64,000 nucleotides of DNA from Desulfomonilia bacterium (lineage in GTDB: Bacteria > Desulfobacterota > Desulfomonilia > UBA1062), in assembly GCA_963664325.2 (NCBI GenBank), contig CAXXDQ010000003.1, positions 256,001-320,000 of the forward strand, in the 5' to 3' direction. How positions within the stretch are numbered: position 1 is the first letter of the stretch; each line of letters begins with the position of its first letter. Below are positions 49,608 to 59,256 of this stretch, one piece after another. The notes under the pieces are model-generated. The model was not told the DNA's origin. It ran no database searches and saw only the letters and a list, made by a program, of their open reading frames with translations. Position numbers and translations under genes: made by a program.

Positions 49608-50498
49608 TCAGCCCTTTAGTGCATATAAGAGGGCTTTTATATTATTTTGGATGGTTTTTATCCTCCATGGCGACTTTAAGAAAGAGACTGAAAGGCATCT
49701 TATTGCCTTTATATATTTCTTCTCATCAATGTATATTATGCCCATATCTCTCTGTGCTTTTGCGGACTGGTAGAGATAGATAAACATCCAGAGCCGAGTT
49801 CTTTTTTTCAACATGAACAGATATTTCCTATAAATTATAAATTCGTTGAACGGCATAATCCGCGAAAGCCTGCTGCTCGTATTTTCACCGTGCCAGCGGT
49901 ATTCCACAAGCGGCTGGCTGATGAAGCCGATCATTCCGTTATATGCAATCCTGATAAACAGGTCATGTTCTTCGCAAACGGCAAAGGATTCATCAAAGAG
50001 ACCGGTGATATCAAGGATGCTGCGCCTGATCAGGGTCGATGATGGTGTAATATAATTTCTTCTGTAAAGATCGATAAAAAGGTTTCCTTCCACTGTTTTC
50101 CCGATGTGGTGTTCTGATGTCCTGTTGACAGGCTCTCCTGAACCGAATCTCTCTTCGGGTGTATAAACCATGCAGTATTCCGGATGGGCATTGAGGAACT
50201 CTACTTCAAGCTCTATTTTATCTGGCTTGAACAGGTCGTCTTGGTCCAGAAATGCTATGAAATCACCTTTCGCGGCATTGATGCCTGAATTGCGGGCACC
50301 CGAAATTCCCTTGTTTTTCTGTTCAATTAAAATGACAGGATATTGTTTTACTACATCAGCACCCCTGTCAGTCGAACCATCATTTACAACAATAATTTCA
50401 ATTTCCGGATAGGTCTGATTCAAAGCGCTCTTGAGCGTTTCCTCTATAAACTTTTCTCCATTAAAAAGCGGGATAACAATGCTTACCAAAGGCTTCAT
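49608..50498 (-). CDS. GT2 glycosyltransferase
   Basis: VSIVIPLFN, VVNDGSTD, ARNSG, FLDQDD, FDE...EEHDL. Confidence 0.9.
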   Translation of the reverse strand: MKPLVSIVIPLFNGEKFIEETLKSALNQTYPEIEIIVVNDGSTDRGADVVKQYPVILIEQKNKGISGARNSGINAAKGDFIAFLDQDDLFKPDKIELEVEFLNAHPEYCMVYTPEERFGSGEPVNRTSEHHIGKTVEGNLFIDLYRRNYITPSSTLIRRSILDITGLFDESFAVCEEHDLFIRIAYNGMIGFISQPLVEYRWHGENTSSRLSRIMPFNEFIIYRKYLFMLKKRTRLWMFIYLYQSAKAQRDMGIIYIDEKKYIKAIRCLSVSFLKSPWRIKTIQNNIKALLYALKG

Positions 50499-50506
50499 GA
50501 GTTATG

Positions 50507-51617
50507 TCATCTTACGCTCAAGGATTCTCCCAATTCCCTTACAAGTCCCACATAGTAGTTCCAGTCATCGAAACTAACATCCGGCGGTACGTTGTGGTCA
50601 AGGCTGGGTATGTATCCGCCGTGTTTCAGCATTTCAGGAACAACCCGCATGACCTCGGCATATATCGCATCCTTTCCCTTGGCGAGTTCGAGTTTGTCGA
50701 TTCCGCCCCAGATGGCAAATTCTCTCGGCCATTCCCGTCTTAGGCCAACTACATCCATGCCGGCATTGACCTCGAACGGCCATATCATGTTAACACCTGC
50801 ATCCACAAAGGGCTTTATGAGAAGCTTCATGTCACCGTCCGTATCAACGCCTATGATCGGGATCCCCAGTTCATTCTTAAGGTAAGCCAGCAGTTCCTTG
50901 TAATAAGGGGTCATGAAGACATCGAAGAGCTTCGGAGAGATTATCGGGCCGTTCTTATAGCACATGTCTTCCCACAGGCTTACAAGGTCAGGCCTGCGTT
51001 TTTCCGCAATCTTCTGGATTACTTTCTTCCACAAATCCACCCAGTGCCTGGCAATGTCGTGAATAAGGTCAGGCTGCCTTCGATAGGCGATCATCAGGTT
51101 GGTAAAGCCCATAAGGTGCCTATGCGTGCCGAAAAGCCCGGGAATATAAACGGTAAGTGGCCAGTCGGCGGTGCCGTCAAGACCGAGCAGTATTTCAGCC
51201 TCGGATAGTCTTCCTGATGAATCCGGATCAAGCCGCCACTTGATATCTTCCCAGTCTTTTCTGCTTTTGACCGGCGATTCAAGCCATGTCGGAATAGCGC
51301 TTGACAGATTGGTGTGTTCTTTAATTATGGAACCGGAACTGTCGCGTTTGACTGTATATTCACAGTCAATGGTTATGATCTCCTCATCAAAGAGCGGATC
51401 AAACCCGGGGTTTAAGTGAACGCCCATGATAATCGGAAGCTGAAGGTCAAAACCTGAATACATGTAAGCGGTCATATCATCCGTTATTTCAGGTGGTAAT
51501 CCCTGAGGATGCCATTTTTTCTATCGTTTCAGGCCAGAAACCGATTGTCTCCATCCTGAATGGTCTGTCAAGAGGCTCAAATGAAGCTGTTGCGAGCAGG
51601 CGTTCACGAGATGTCAT
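50507..51617 (-). CDS. Uroporphyrinogen-decarboxylase-superfamily (UroD/MtaA/CmuA-like) protein with one frameshift in the A6 run at 51515-51520
   Basis: ATG at 51617 overlaps the upstream stop. MTSRERLL...FWPETIEK joins WHPQGLP...MTAYMY when one A is removed. WEDMCYKNGPIISP, WGGIDK, GGYIPSLDHNVPPDV. Confidence 0.82.
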
Positions 51618-52840
51618 TATCCAATCTCCTCAATCGCCAGGGGATACTTTGACATATATTCACAGCCGTCTTTTAAAATTAGTATGGGGTTCTCGTATCT
51701 GAAACCGATGCCTTCGGATGGCGCTGCATACTGCATGGCGCAGATAAGGAGTTCGTTTTCCTGATAGACATGGTCCGGGTCTGTCCAGAATGGAATGGGC
51801 CCGTCATTCTTTGCTCCTATCCTCCATTCGTCGCCAAAAAGGCCGATTCCGTGTTCGCAGCCGGGTACAACAAAATCGGCGCAACCGCGGTCTTCTGCAA
51901 ACTGCATCATCAGATCAGCAAGCTTGGAAGGGGTGACACCTGCCCGGTAATTGGCAAGTACAAGGCTTATCAGGTCTGTAAAGTTATTGGCGTGCCATCT
52001 CTGCCTGGGTGTCTCGGGTGCAATCAGATAATTATGGGAATGATCGCCAAGCGCCAGTTGGAACATGGCGTGGAAGTCAAGCATCAGTGGCTCGCCTGCC
52101 TTGAACTCGCGTGTGGTCGGCGGGGTGCAAGCCCCGAGTCCGGTCCTGTATCCGCTGGATATTTCATTGAGACCGGCGAAGTTCCATTCGGAAACACTGC
52201 CCTCTTTTCTCATTGCAAGGGCTGCAATGCCTGCGATAACCGTTTCGGTCATACCTTTCCATCCGCCGTTCACAAGAGCCGCCCTGGCAGCCTTATGCCC
52301 TTCATCAACTATGCGTGAAGCTTCACGGAAACGGTTGATAGTCCCGATGTCCTTGATTATGGAAAGGCTGTCAATTATCTCTATGGCATTGACAAACTCG
52401 AAACTCTCAAGGGCCTGACTCAGCATCATGAATTCATAATGGCTGAGGTGGCCTTCGGCGGTATAAGTCGCCATGCCATCCTCATAACCGATTCGTCCCT
52501 TTGTCAGGCCCAGATTGTCTTTTATGAATTCACTGATTGCTGAAATCTGGTCCATACCGCCCATTGGTGCGTACGCCCTGACATGGTCTTCGTCTAGCCA
52601 TGTTTCGTCCCCAAGCCTGACTGCATCAATTACGAATGTGAACAGGGTGGGATCTCCCTGCGACGGAATTATTATATAGCTGCGCCACGGGCAGAACGCA
52701 TCGATCACCCAGCTTATAGTTCTGATCCTGGAACCTATGTATACATCGATTCCAGCCTTTGCCATTCCCGCCTGGATTGCTTTTACTCGTGCAGGGTTGT
52801 CAATATAGAAAGAGTCTTTGGGATTAAGAATCCTTGGCAT
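51617..52840 (-). CDS. M24-fold (Xaa-Pro peptidase/creatinase-like) hydrolase
   Basis: Creatinase-N-like start, IKDIGTI...ASRIVD, MLDFH...GDHSH, EHGIGL, GFRYEN...SKYP. Confidence 0.8.
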   Translation of the reverse strand: MPRILNPKDSFYIDNPARVKAIQAGMAKAGIDVYIGSRIRTISWVIDAFCPWRSYIIIPSQGDPTLFTFVIDAVRLGDETWLDEDHVRAYAPMGGMDQISAISEFIKDNLGLTKGRIGYEDGMATYTAEGHLSHYEFMMLSQALESFEFVNAIEIIDSLSIIKDIGTINRFREASRIVDEGHKAARAALVNGGWKGMTETVIAGIAALAMRKEGSVSEWNFAGLNEISSGYRTGLGACTPPTTREFKAGEPLMLDFHAMFQLALGDHSHNYLIAPETPRQRWHANNFTDLISLVLANYRAGVTPSKLADLMMQFAEDRGCADFVVPGCEHGIGLFGDEWRIGAKNDGPIPFWTDPDHVYQENELLICAMQYAAPSEGIGFRYENPILILKDGCEYMSKYPLAIEEIG

Positions 52841-52849
52841 GGTATCCTC

Positions 52850-53251
52850 CTAATAAATGGCTGGTACGCCGGATATTATCTTGTTCATCCGGTCTGCAAG
52901 AGAGGCCAATCTAAGTGCTCTGGCCATGTTGCCCTTCAACTTGAGCTTGCCCGTCATAAGCGCACGCTGGCTCCCGAGTTCCGCCCGGGAGATTTTTGCA
53001 AAGGTTTCATATTCACCGCTTATGGTGAATTCTGCCTTAGGGGGTTCTCCGGTTCCAGTTTCCACCTTTGTCACGGCACCGTTGTCGCATTGTATATAAA
53101 GGAATTTTTCCCCACCGCTGGGACAGTTTTTGTAAATGTTGGACATTGATGTTGACACATTGTTCATTTTTTCCGGCGGTAACTCAGCTTTCAGTCTCTT
53201 GAGAACTTCTTCTGCCCAGGAACTGCTCAGGTATATTAGATTTTCGCTCAT
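52850..53251 (-). CDS. SCP2 sterol/lipid-binding domain protein
   Basis: YLSSSWAEE...AEFTISG...ALMTGKLKLKGNM; RBS AAGGAGG. Confidence 0.85.
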   Translation of the reverse strand: MSENLIYLSSSWAEEVLKRLKAELPPEKMNNVSTSMSNIYKNCPSGGEKFLYIQCDNGAVTKVETGTGEPPKAEFTISGEYETFAKISRAELGSQRALMTGKLKLKGNMARALRLASLADRMNKIISGVPAIY

Positions 53252-53349
53252 AAATATCCTCCTTTTATCTGTTCTGGGTAAATTCTTTTCAGGGAAACAG
53301 TATATAATAAAATTAAAGTTTTTTCTTATAAAATACGATTTGTTAAAAA

Positions 53350-54720
53350 ATGGCGCATATACTGATAGTAGAAGATGATATCAACCTTGGGCAAATGCTG
53401 TTCCAGGAATTCAAGTCGCAGGGTCATGATGTCGAACTGACGGCTGATGCAGAGGCAGCTCTTCCTAGAATCAACAAGTATATCTATGATCTCATGCTTA
53501 CGGATATCAAACTTCCGGGGATGGACGGTCTGGAACTTCTAAAGCAGATCAAGACTGTAAGTCCCACTACGATCGTGCTTGTGATGACCGGCTATGCATC
53601 TGTGGATACGGCTGTTCTTGCAATGAAAAACGGGGCTCAGGATTTCATTCAGAAACCCTTCGGATTCCATGAGATCAATCAGAAAATTGAAGATGCACTT
53701 TCAATAAAGCGCATGAAAAATGAGATCGATTATCTCAGGCATACCCGGGAAGACCTGATTTACCGTACTTCCAACATAATATCAGAAAGCAAGGCGTTCA
53801 AAAGAATTCTTTCGCTGGTTGGAAAACTTGCAAATGCCGACTCCACGCTTCTCATTTCCGGGGAAACGGGTGTCGGGAAAGGTCTTATAGCAGGTGCAAT
53901 ACACTATAACTCACACAGGTCAAGAAACAACTTTGTTCAGGTAAACTGCGCAGCCCTTCCTCTGAATCTTCTGGAAAGTGAACTTTTCGGACATGAAAAA
54001 GGTTCATTTACCGGAGCTGTAAAAATGCGTATAGGCAGGGTGGAGCAGGCAAACATGGGAAGCATATTTCTGGACGAGATAGGTGATATGGATCTATCGC
54101 TTCAGGCGAAGATACTGCGCGTCCTTGAAGAGCGGGAAATTGAGAGAATAGGCGGTACAAAAACAATTAAAGTGGATGTCAGGGTTATTGCGGCAACCAA
54201 CAGTGATCTTTACAGTCTTGTGCAGGAAGGCAAATTCAGGGAAGATCTCTTCTATCGTATAAATGTTGTAAATATCCACATTCCACCGATAAGAGAAAGA
54301 AAAGAGGATATAATCCCTCTTGTCAGATATTTCATGCGTAAATATTCCCAGGAGTTTAGCAAACCGATCAAGGAAATTGAAGAAAAGGCAATGGAGCTTC
54401 TTTTAAATTATGACTGGCCCGGAAATGTTCGTGAAATCCGCAACTGTATTGAAAGGGCCGTTTTGCTTTCTGAAGGGGAGTATATAAAAACAGTGGACAT
54501 AACAATAAATCCCTCAACAAGAGCATCTGAACAACACTCTGAAAACCCGTCAATGTCAAGCCTCGCCATCAGCGAAAAAGAGATGGTCCTCCAGGCATTG
54601 AAAAAATATGATTGGGTTCAGAAAGATGCCGCAAAATCACTTGGAATAAGTAAACGGGTTATGCACTACAAGATACAGAAATATGGTATAACCCATCACA
54701 GATGGCTCAAGAACCGATAG
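53350..54720 (+). CDS. Sigma-54-dependent response regulator (NtrC/AtoC family)
   Basis: REC (LIVEDD, LTDIKLPGMDG), GETGVGK, ESELFGHEKGSFTGA, FLDEIG, FREDLFYR, WPGNVRE, Fis-type HTH. Confidence 0.95.
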   Translation: MAHILIVEDDINLGQMLFQEFKSQGHDVELTADAEAALPRINKYIYDLMLTDIKLPGMDGLELLKQIKTVSPTTIVLVMTGYASVDTAVLAMKNGAQDFIQKPFGFHEINQKIEDALSIKRMKNEIDYLRHTREDLIYRTSNIISESKAFKRILSLVGKLANADSTLLISGETGVGKGLIAGAIHYNSHRSRNNFVQVNCAALPLNLLESELFGHEKGSFTGAVKMRIGRVEQANMGSIFLDEIGDMDLSLQAKILRVLEEREIERIGGTKTIKVDVRVIAATNSDLYSLVQEGKFREDLFYRINVVNIHIPPIRERKEDIIPLVRYFMRKYSQEFSKPIKEIEEKAMELLLNYDWPGNVREIRNCIERAVLLSEGEYIKTVDITINPSTRASEQHSENPSMSSLAISEKEMVLQALKKYDWVQKDAAKSLGISKRVMHYKIQKYGITHHRWLKNR

Positions 54721-56566
54721 CCTCTATAAACACTGGTGTCATTGATGAATCAAGCTTGGTTCCGGACATCATATAAAGCTCTCGGATTGCCTCATCCTGC
54801 ATCTTCTGCGGTCTGTATAGTCTAGGTGACATCATGGCATTATACGTATCCGCAATCCTTAAAGCCCTAGCGCCAATGGGTATTTCAGATCCTTTCAAGC
54901 CCCTTGGATACCCTGATCCGTCCATGTTTTCGTGGTGGTGCTTTAAAATATCATCATCGCAGTTTAACACACAGGCATCCTTAAGAATATTTGCGGAGAT
55001 GATAGGGTGCCATGATATTTTCTTTTTGTCATGGGAACTCAGTTCATCCTTTGTAAGAATGGAAGAAGGCATACCCATATAACCTAAATTTGCCGTAAGG
55101 GCGGAATTAGCCCAGCGGGTTGCATCTTCTTCTCTCATCCCCAAAGAAGTAGCAAGTGTAAACATATGATCAGCAACTTTCAATGAGTATCCGATCGGAT
55201 AACCTGCCTTCATGTCTGAAAGAATGGAAAATACACTCAGGATTGACTGACTCCAATCCTGAACATCGGTTGACAGGCCCTTTATATATGCCCATGAAGG
55301 GGAAATATATGTAACAAGCCATTTATATATCTCTTCCGACAAACCTTTATGTTTAAAGAAACCTAGATCTGCATTTCCCCATACCAGAAGGTCACCTGGA
55401 GGGGTGCTCCTTAACTGGATTTCTTCAGCCTGACACTGCAGTTTGAGGATATCGATAAACTGATTGAATGTTTCAGGCCCTGGGGATAGGCTCAACACTT
55501 TTTTTACAGGCAATTCTGCAGAGAGATTGCTCGTCCGGATGGTTCCGGTCTGAAGGAAACATGCACATTTGAGGCAGTTTTTTTGGGCATAAGTAACTGC
55601 CTGATGGACGGCATTTATTAGGCCTTTTATATCCTGCGCTTCGTCCGGCATTGATGCTATTCCGATATGCATTGAAAGCAATAGATTTTCTTCCAAACCC
55701 CGGGATGCTTTTTCAATGGCTATCCTTGCCTGTTCTGATGTACATCCTGGCAGTATAACAAAAAAACTCATGTCCTCATATCTGATTATATTATCATAGC
55801 ACCTGAGAGATTCTTTCAGTTTTCTTGCCACTTTCCTTAGCGATGATATTCCTTCGAGGACCCCATTGCTGAATCCGTTTTTTTCCAATTCGTTCATGGT
55901 CACAAGCGCAATGCTCATAGGATATGAAAGTCTTCTGGCTTGTTCTTCATATTGATGAAGTATTTCTAGCAGAACATCCCTGGGTTTTATGTCCATTTTC
56001 ATATCTATGTGGTCTCCAATTCTTTTTCCATTGCCAAGGGCATCCCTGAATGTTCTTTCAGACAAAAGGACCACCTGTTTTACAAGTGCCAATTCGGTCG
56101 GGTTAAAAGGTTCTCCTTCTTTCCTGTAAAGCTCAAGACATCCCACCGTATTTGAATCGAGGTAAAGGGGCAGTGCCATCATCGACGAAAAAGAAAAGGG
56201 TATGTCATCCTGCTCAAGCAGGGTTTCTGTAATATCTCTGATCAGAACATGTCTTCCGGTTTTTTTTACTGTATGGGTGAACAGATTACCTTTATCAAGC
56301 GATTTGGGGACGTTTCCCTGAATTCCCCTGCAGAACCACATATCCCATGGCTCCCATATATAAACAAGAGCTGTATCGAAGGATGTCACCTGTTCAATTA
56401 CATATGAAATGATATCGGGAATTTTATCTCTTCTTACTTCCAGTCCTTCGAACAGGGAAACTTTGAAAATATGAGGTATGGCATGGGCGTTTTCCCTGAT
56501 GAAAGCTGGAGTAAACTCCTCAACATTTTCAACAATGAAATCATCCAGTAAATTCTCTTTATCCAT
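54707..56566 (-). CDS. GAF - degenerate GGDEF - degenerate HD-GYP domain protein
   Basis: GAF (SMMALPL...VGCLEL); GGDEF-fold with RYEDMSF at the active-site loop; HHHENMDGSGYPRGL...IADTYNAMMSPRLYR, but TANLG in place of HDIG. Confidence 0.8.
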   Translation of the reverse strand: MDKENLLDDFIVENVEEFTPAFIRENAHAIPHIFKVSLFEGLEVRRDKIPDIISYVIEQVTSFDTALVYIWEPWDMWFCRGIQGNVPKSLDKGNLFTHTVKKTGRHVLIRDITETLLEQDDIPFSFSSMMALPLYLDSNTVGCLELYRKEGEPFNPTELALVKQVVLLSERTFRDALGNGKRIGDHIDMKMDIKPRDVLLEILHQYEEQARRLSYPMSIALVTMNELEKNGFSNGVLEGISSLRKVARKLKESLRCYDNIIRYEDMSFFVILPGCTSEQARIAIEKASRGLEENLLLSMHIGIASMPDEAQDIKGLINAVHQAVTYAQKNCLKCACFLQTGTIRTSNLSAELPVKKVLSLSPGPETFNQFIDILKLQCQAEEIQLRSTPPGDLLVWGNADLGFFKHKGLSEEIYKWLVTYISPSWAYIKGLSTDVQDWSQSILSVFSILSDMKAGYPIGYSLKVADHMFTLATSLGMREEDATRWANSALTANLGYMGMPSSILTKDELSSHDKKKISWHPIISANILKDACVLNCDDDILKHHHENMDGSGYPRGLKGSEIPIGARALRIADTYNAMMSPRLYRPQKMQDEAIRELYMMSGTKLDSSMTPVFIEAIGS

Positions 56567-56660
56567 GGGCCTGTAACCTCAATTATTTATATAAAAAACA
56601 TTCAGATTCTATAATCTTTTCATGTTTAAGCACTATCATGCTCCTATAAAAAAAGAAATT

Positions 56661-56676
56661 AGCAAACATGATGCCA
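56661..56676 (-). promoter_or_regulatory. Sigma-54 (-24/-12) promoter upstream of the HD-GYP-like gene
   Basis: Minus strand TGGCATCATGTTTGCT = GG-N10-GC with TGGCA and TTGC consensus context, about 95 nt upstream of the ATG. Confidence 0.75.
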
Positions 56677-56692
56677 TAAATTGGTTAGATTG

Positions 56693-56705
56693 CAACTAAT
56701 TGATT
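56693..56705 (-). promoter_or_regulatory. IHF binding site
   Basis: Minus strand AATCAATTAGTTG matches WATCAANNNNTTR, immediately upstream of the -24 element. Confidence 0.6.
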
Positions 56706-56813
56706 ATATTAAAATTAGAAAGTGATTAGTGCAATAAACAATGTTAATACTTTGCCATGAAATTTCGAATTATGCAATTTTTTATCTTCTTTTAAGGCAA
56801 TATATTTCACATC

Positions 56814-58361
56814 CTAATTAGCTTTTCTCTGATAAAGAATCTTTGCAAGTCTTATTCCTGAAATATAAAGCACTGTGAAGTATGTGACAGTTCCAGTCAA
56901 AATGCATCCTGAAAGCATTACAAGGCTTTTCATGTTCAACCCAGTATGCCAGAAATTATGTAAGGTTAACAGAAATAGCACGATCCCCATAAGACCTGAT
57001 GCTGAAAGTATTTTCAGGCAATCTCTGTACAGGGGCCTGCCGAATCTTATTTGCTTTTTTACAAGGACAAAATGGAAAACGATAAGCTGGAAAAGAACAG
57101 ATAAGCTGCTTGCAAGGGCAATTCCTGCATGTCTCATGAAAGTCATCAGCAGCAGGCTTAAGATGATATTTACTATAAGGGCAATCCATCCGATATTAAC
57201 AACGGTTTTTGCCTCCTGCATTGAATACAAAGCCTGATTCAAGATACGGACATAACCGATTGCCCATAGAGATATTGAATACATTTGCAATGCGTAGGCA
57301 GTTTCTCTTGCATCTGTAATTGTAAAGGCGCCTCTCATAAAAAGAACAGTCGTGACAGGTTCTGCCAGTATAATCAATGCAATAGAAGAAGGGACCGTAA
57401 ATACGAGAACCATGACTAAGGCGCGTGTTATAAGTGATGAAAGTTCGCTGTTGTCCATGCGTGCAGACGCCGTGCTCATTGCAGGAAGCATAACATTACC
57501 AACAGCAAATGCAAAAATACCCAGCGGGAGTTCCAGAAGCCTTTGGGCATAATATAAAAATGAGATGCTGCCTGTTTTTAGAAACGAAGCTAGTTGCGTT
57601 CCGACAAGAACGTTTATCTGGTAAATGGATGCGCCTATTGCCGCTATTCCCATTAATCTTGTCACCTGCCGTATATTTTTATCCCTGAAATCAGCATTGA
57701 ATCTAATAGGAACTTTGTATCTTTTAAGTGGCGGCAGTTGCAGGAGTACCTGAGCGACTCCTCCAGAGATTACTCCCCATGCAAGTGCATCTGCCGGGGA
57801 TGAAAAGAATGGATACCAGACATAAAATAGTACAGGGATTCCAATCATAAAAATGTTCAACAATATAGGAGCTCCGGCTGGTGCAGCAAAATGACCTACG
57901 GAATTCAGAATTCCCATAAAAAGAGATACTATCCCTATAAGAAGAATAAATGGGAACATTATCCGGGTCAGATGAACGGCAACCTGAAAATCTCCTGTGT
58001 TAATTTTTCCAAATGCCAGGAGGGCGACAAGCCCAGGGGCAATTAATTCTCCGAGGATAGTGATGATGACAAGGCTTATGAACATGAGGGTGAAGATGCT
58101 TTCGGCCATCTTGAATGCCTTTTCAAGACCTTCTTTTTCCTTTACCTCATTGAATACTGGAACAACGGCAATAGTTATCGCACCTTCTCCCATAATTCGT
58201 CTGAGGAGATTGGGTATCCTGTAGGCAATAAAAAAGGCATCAGCGAGGCCTGTGGCTCCTAAAAGCCAGGCAGTGACCATGTCACGTACATAACCTAATA
58301 TTCGGCTAACGCCGGTCAGGCCTCCAACAGTGATTATATTTCTACCGAATCGCTCCTTCAT
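56814..58361 (-). CDS. murJ: Lipid II flippase MurJ (MviN)
   Basis: SRILGYVRD, ADAFFIAYRIPNLLRRIMGEGA, YYAQRLLELPLG, many TM helices. The start may extend to 58406. Confidence 0.95.
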   Translation of the reverse strand: MKERFGRNIITVGGLTGVSRILGYVRDMVTAWLLGATGLADAFFIAYRIPNLLRRIMGEGAITIAVVPVFNEVKEKEGLEKAFKMAESIFTLMFISLVIITILGELIAPGLVALLAFGKINTGDFQVAVHLTRIMFPFILLIGIVSLFMGILNSVGHFAAPAGAPILLNIFMIGIPVLFYVWYPFFSSPADALAWGVISGGVAQVLLQLPPLKRYKVPIRFNADFRDKNIRQVTRLMGIAAIGASIYQINVLVGTQLASFLKTGSISFLYYAQRLLELPLGIFAFAVGNVMLPAMSTASARMDNSELSSLITRALVMVLVFTVPSSIALIILAEPVTTVLFMRGAFTITDARETAYALQMYSISLWAIGYVRILNQALYSMQEAKTVVNIGWIALIVNIILSLLLMTFMRHAGIALASSLSVLFQLIVFHFVLVKKQIRFGRPLYRDCLKILSASGLMGIVLFLLTLHNFWHTGLNMKSLVMLSGCILTGTVTYFTVLYISGIRLAKILYQRKAN

Positions 58362-58395
58362 AATGCCTGTATGGAGGCCAAAATATTCACCATTC

Positions 58396-59097
58396 CTATT
58401 TTGCAAGTACCTCTGCTCTTACCGGTATGATTTTTTCAGGCAGGTTTGGGATATTGGTTTTCATGAGTATGGTTCCTTCAATGATTCCGGGATCTTTGCC
58501 TGAATCCAGTTTTAGCAGAAGGTCTTTTGTTTTGCCAGGTTTAATAACAATATTTTTGCTGGGGGAGATGTCTAGATTTAGCGCAGGATTGACATCTATA
58601 ACACTAATAGTCACATTAGTTTTTCCATTGTTTGTAACCTTTACATGCATGTCAAGTTTCGATTTGATAGCTACTTTTCCGAAATTAATAATATATTGAG
58701 GGGTTATGGATAAAATTTCCCTAATGGTCGCATATATGGTCAATATGAAAGCTCCTTTGTTAGGGTCATTTGTCGTGACATTTATCTCTTTTCTATATGA
58801 GTCCCTGAGATGAGCAGTTTTTATTTCCACATTTATCTTTCCTGAAGTTCCTGGCTCTATCGGCCCCACCGGGGCATTGATTTTAACCCCTCAACAGGGT
58901 TTGACCTTTACCTCAAGTGGTTTGTCTCCTGTATTTTTAATAATAAAGTCATGAACAATCGCTTTTCCCTGTGGAATTTCTCCCGCATTGAATCCATACT
59001 CATTAACTACGGCTTTCGGCGTTGCATTTGCCGCAGATGATATGACTGTCAATAGCATTATAGTTGCTATTGCTATAACTCCTTCTTTTTTCAACAT
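58396..59097 (-). CDS. Secreted DUF1573/Ig-like domain protein with in-frame UGA at 58891-58893 (probable selenocysteine)
   Basis: Signal peptide + FNAGEI...HDFIIKNTGDKPL..VKPC, TGA, then GVKINAPVGPIEPG...TTNDP in the same frame; the two ORF-track ORFs join into one 233-codon frame; hairpin downstream of the UGA. Confidence 0.75.
58859..58881 (-). promoter_or_regulatory. Candidate bacterial SECIS element
   Basis: Minus strand ATCaatGCCCC-GGT-GGGGCcGAT; the G-starting apical loop begins 20 nt after the UGA. Confidence 0.55.
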
Positions 59098-59256
59098 AAT
59101 CCCTCCAATATGTTTTCTGATTTGAAAAAGATTTATACCATAACAGTATTACTGCTTCCAAACACTTTCTCATTTGTTCGTGATAACATGAAGGTTTCAT
59201 GATTTTTATACCGGTATTATTGACTTTTTTGAATGCACAGAATACACCAGATAACA

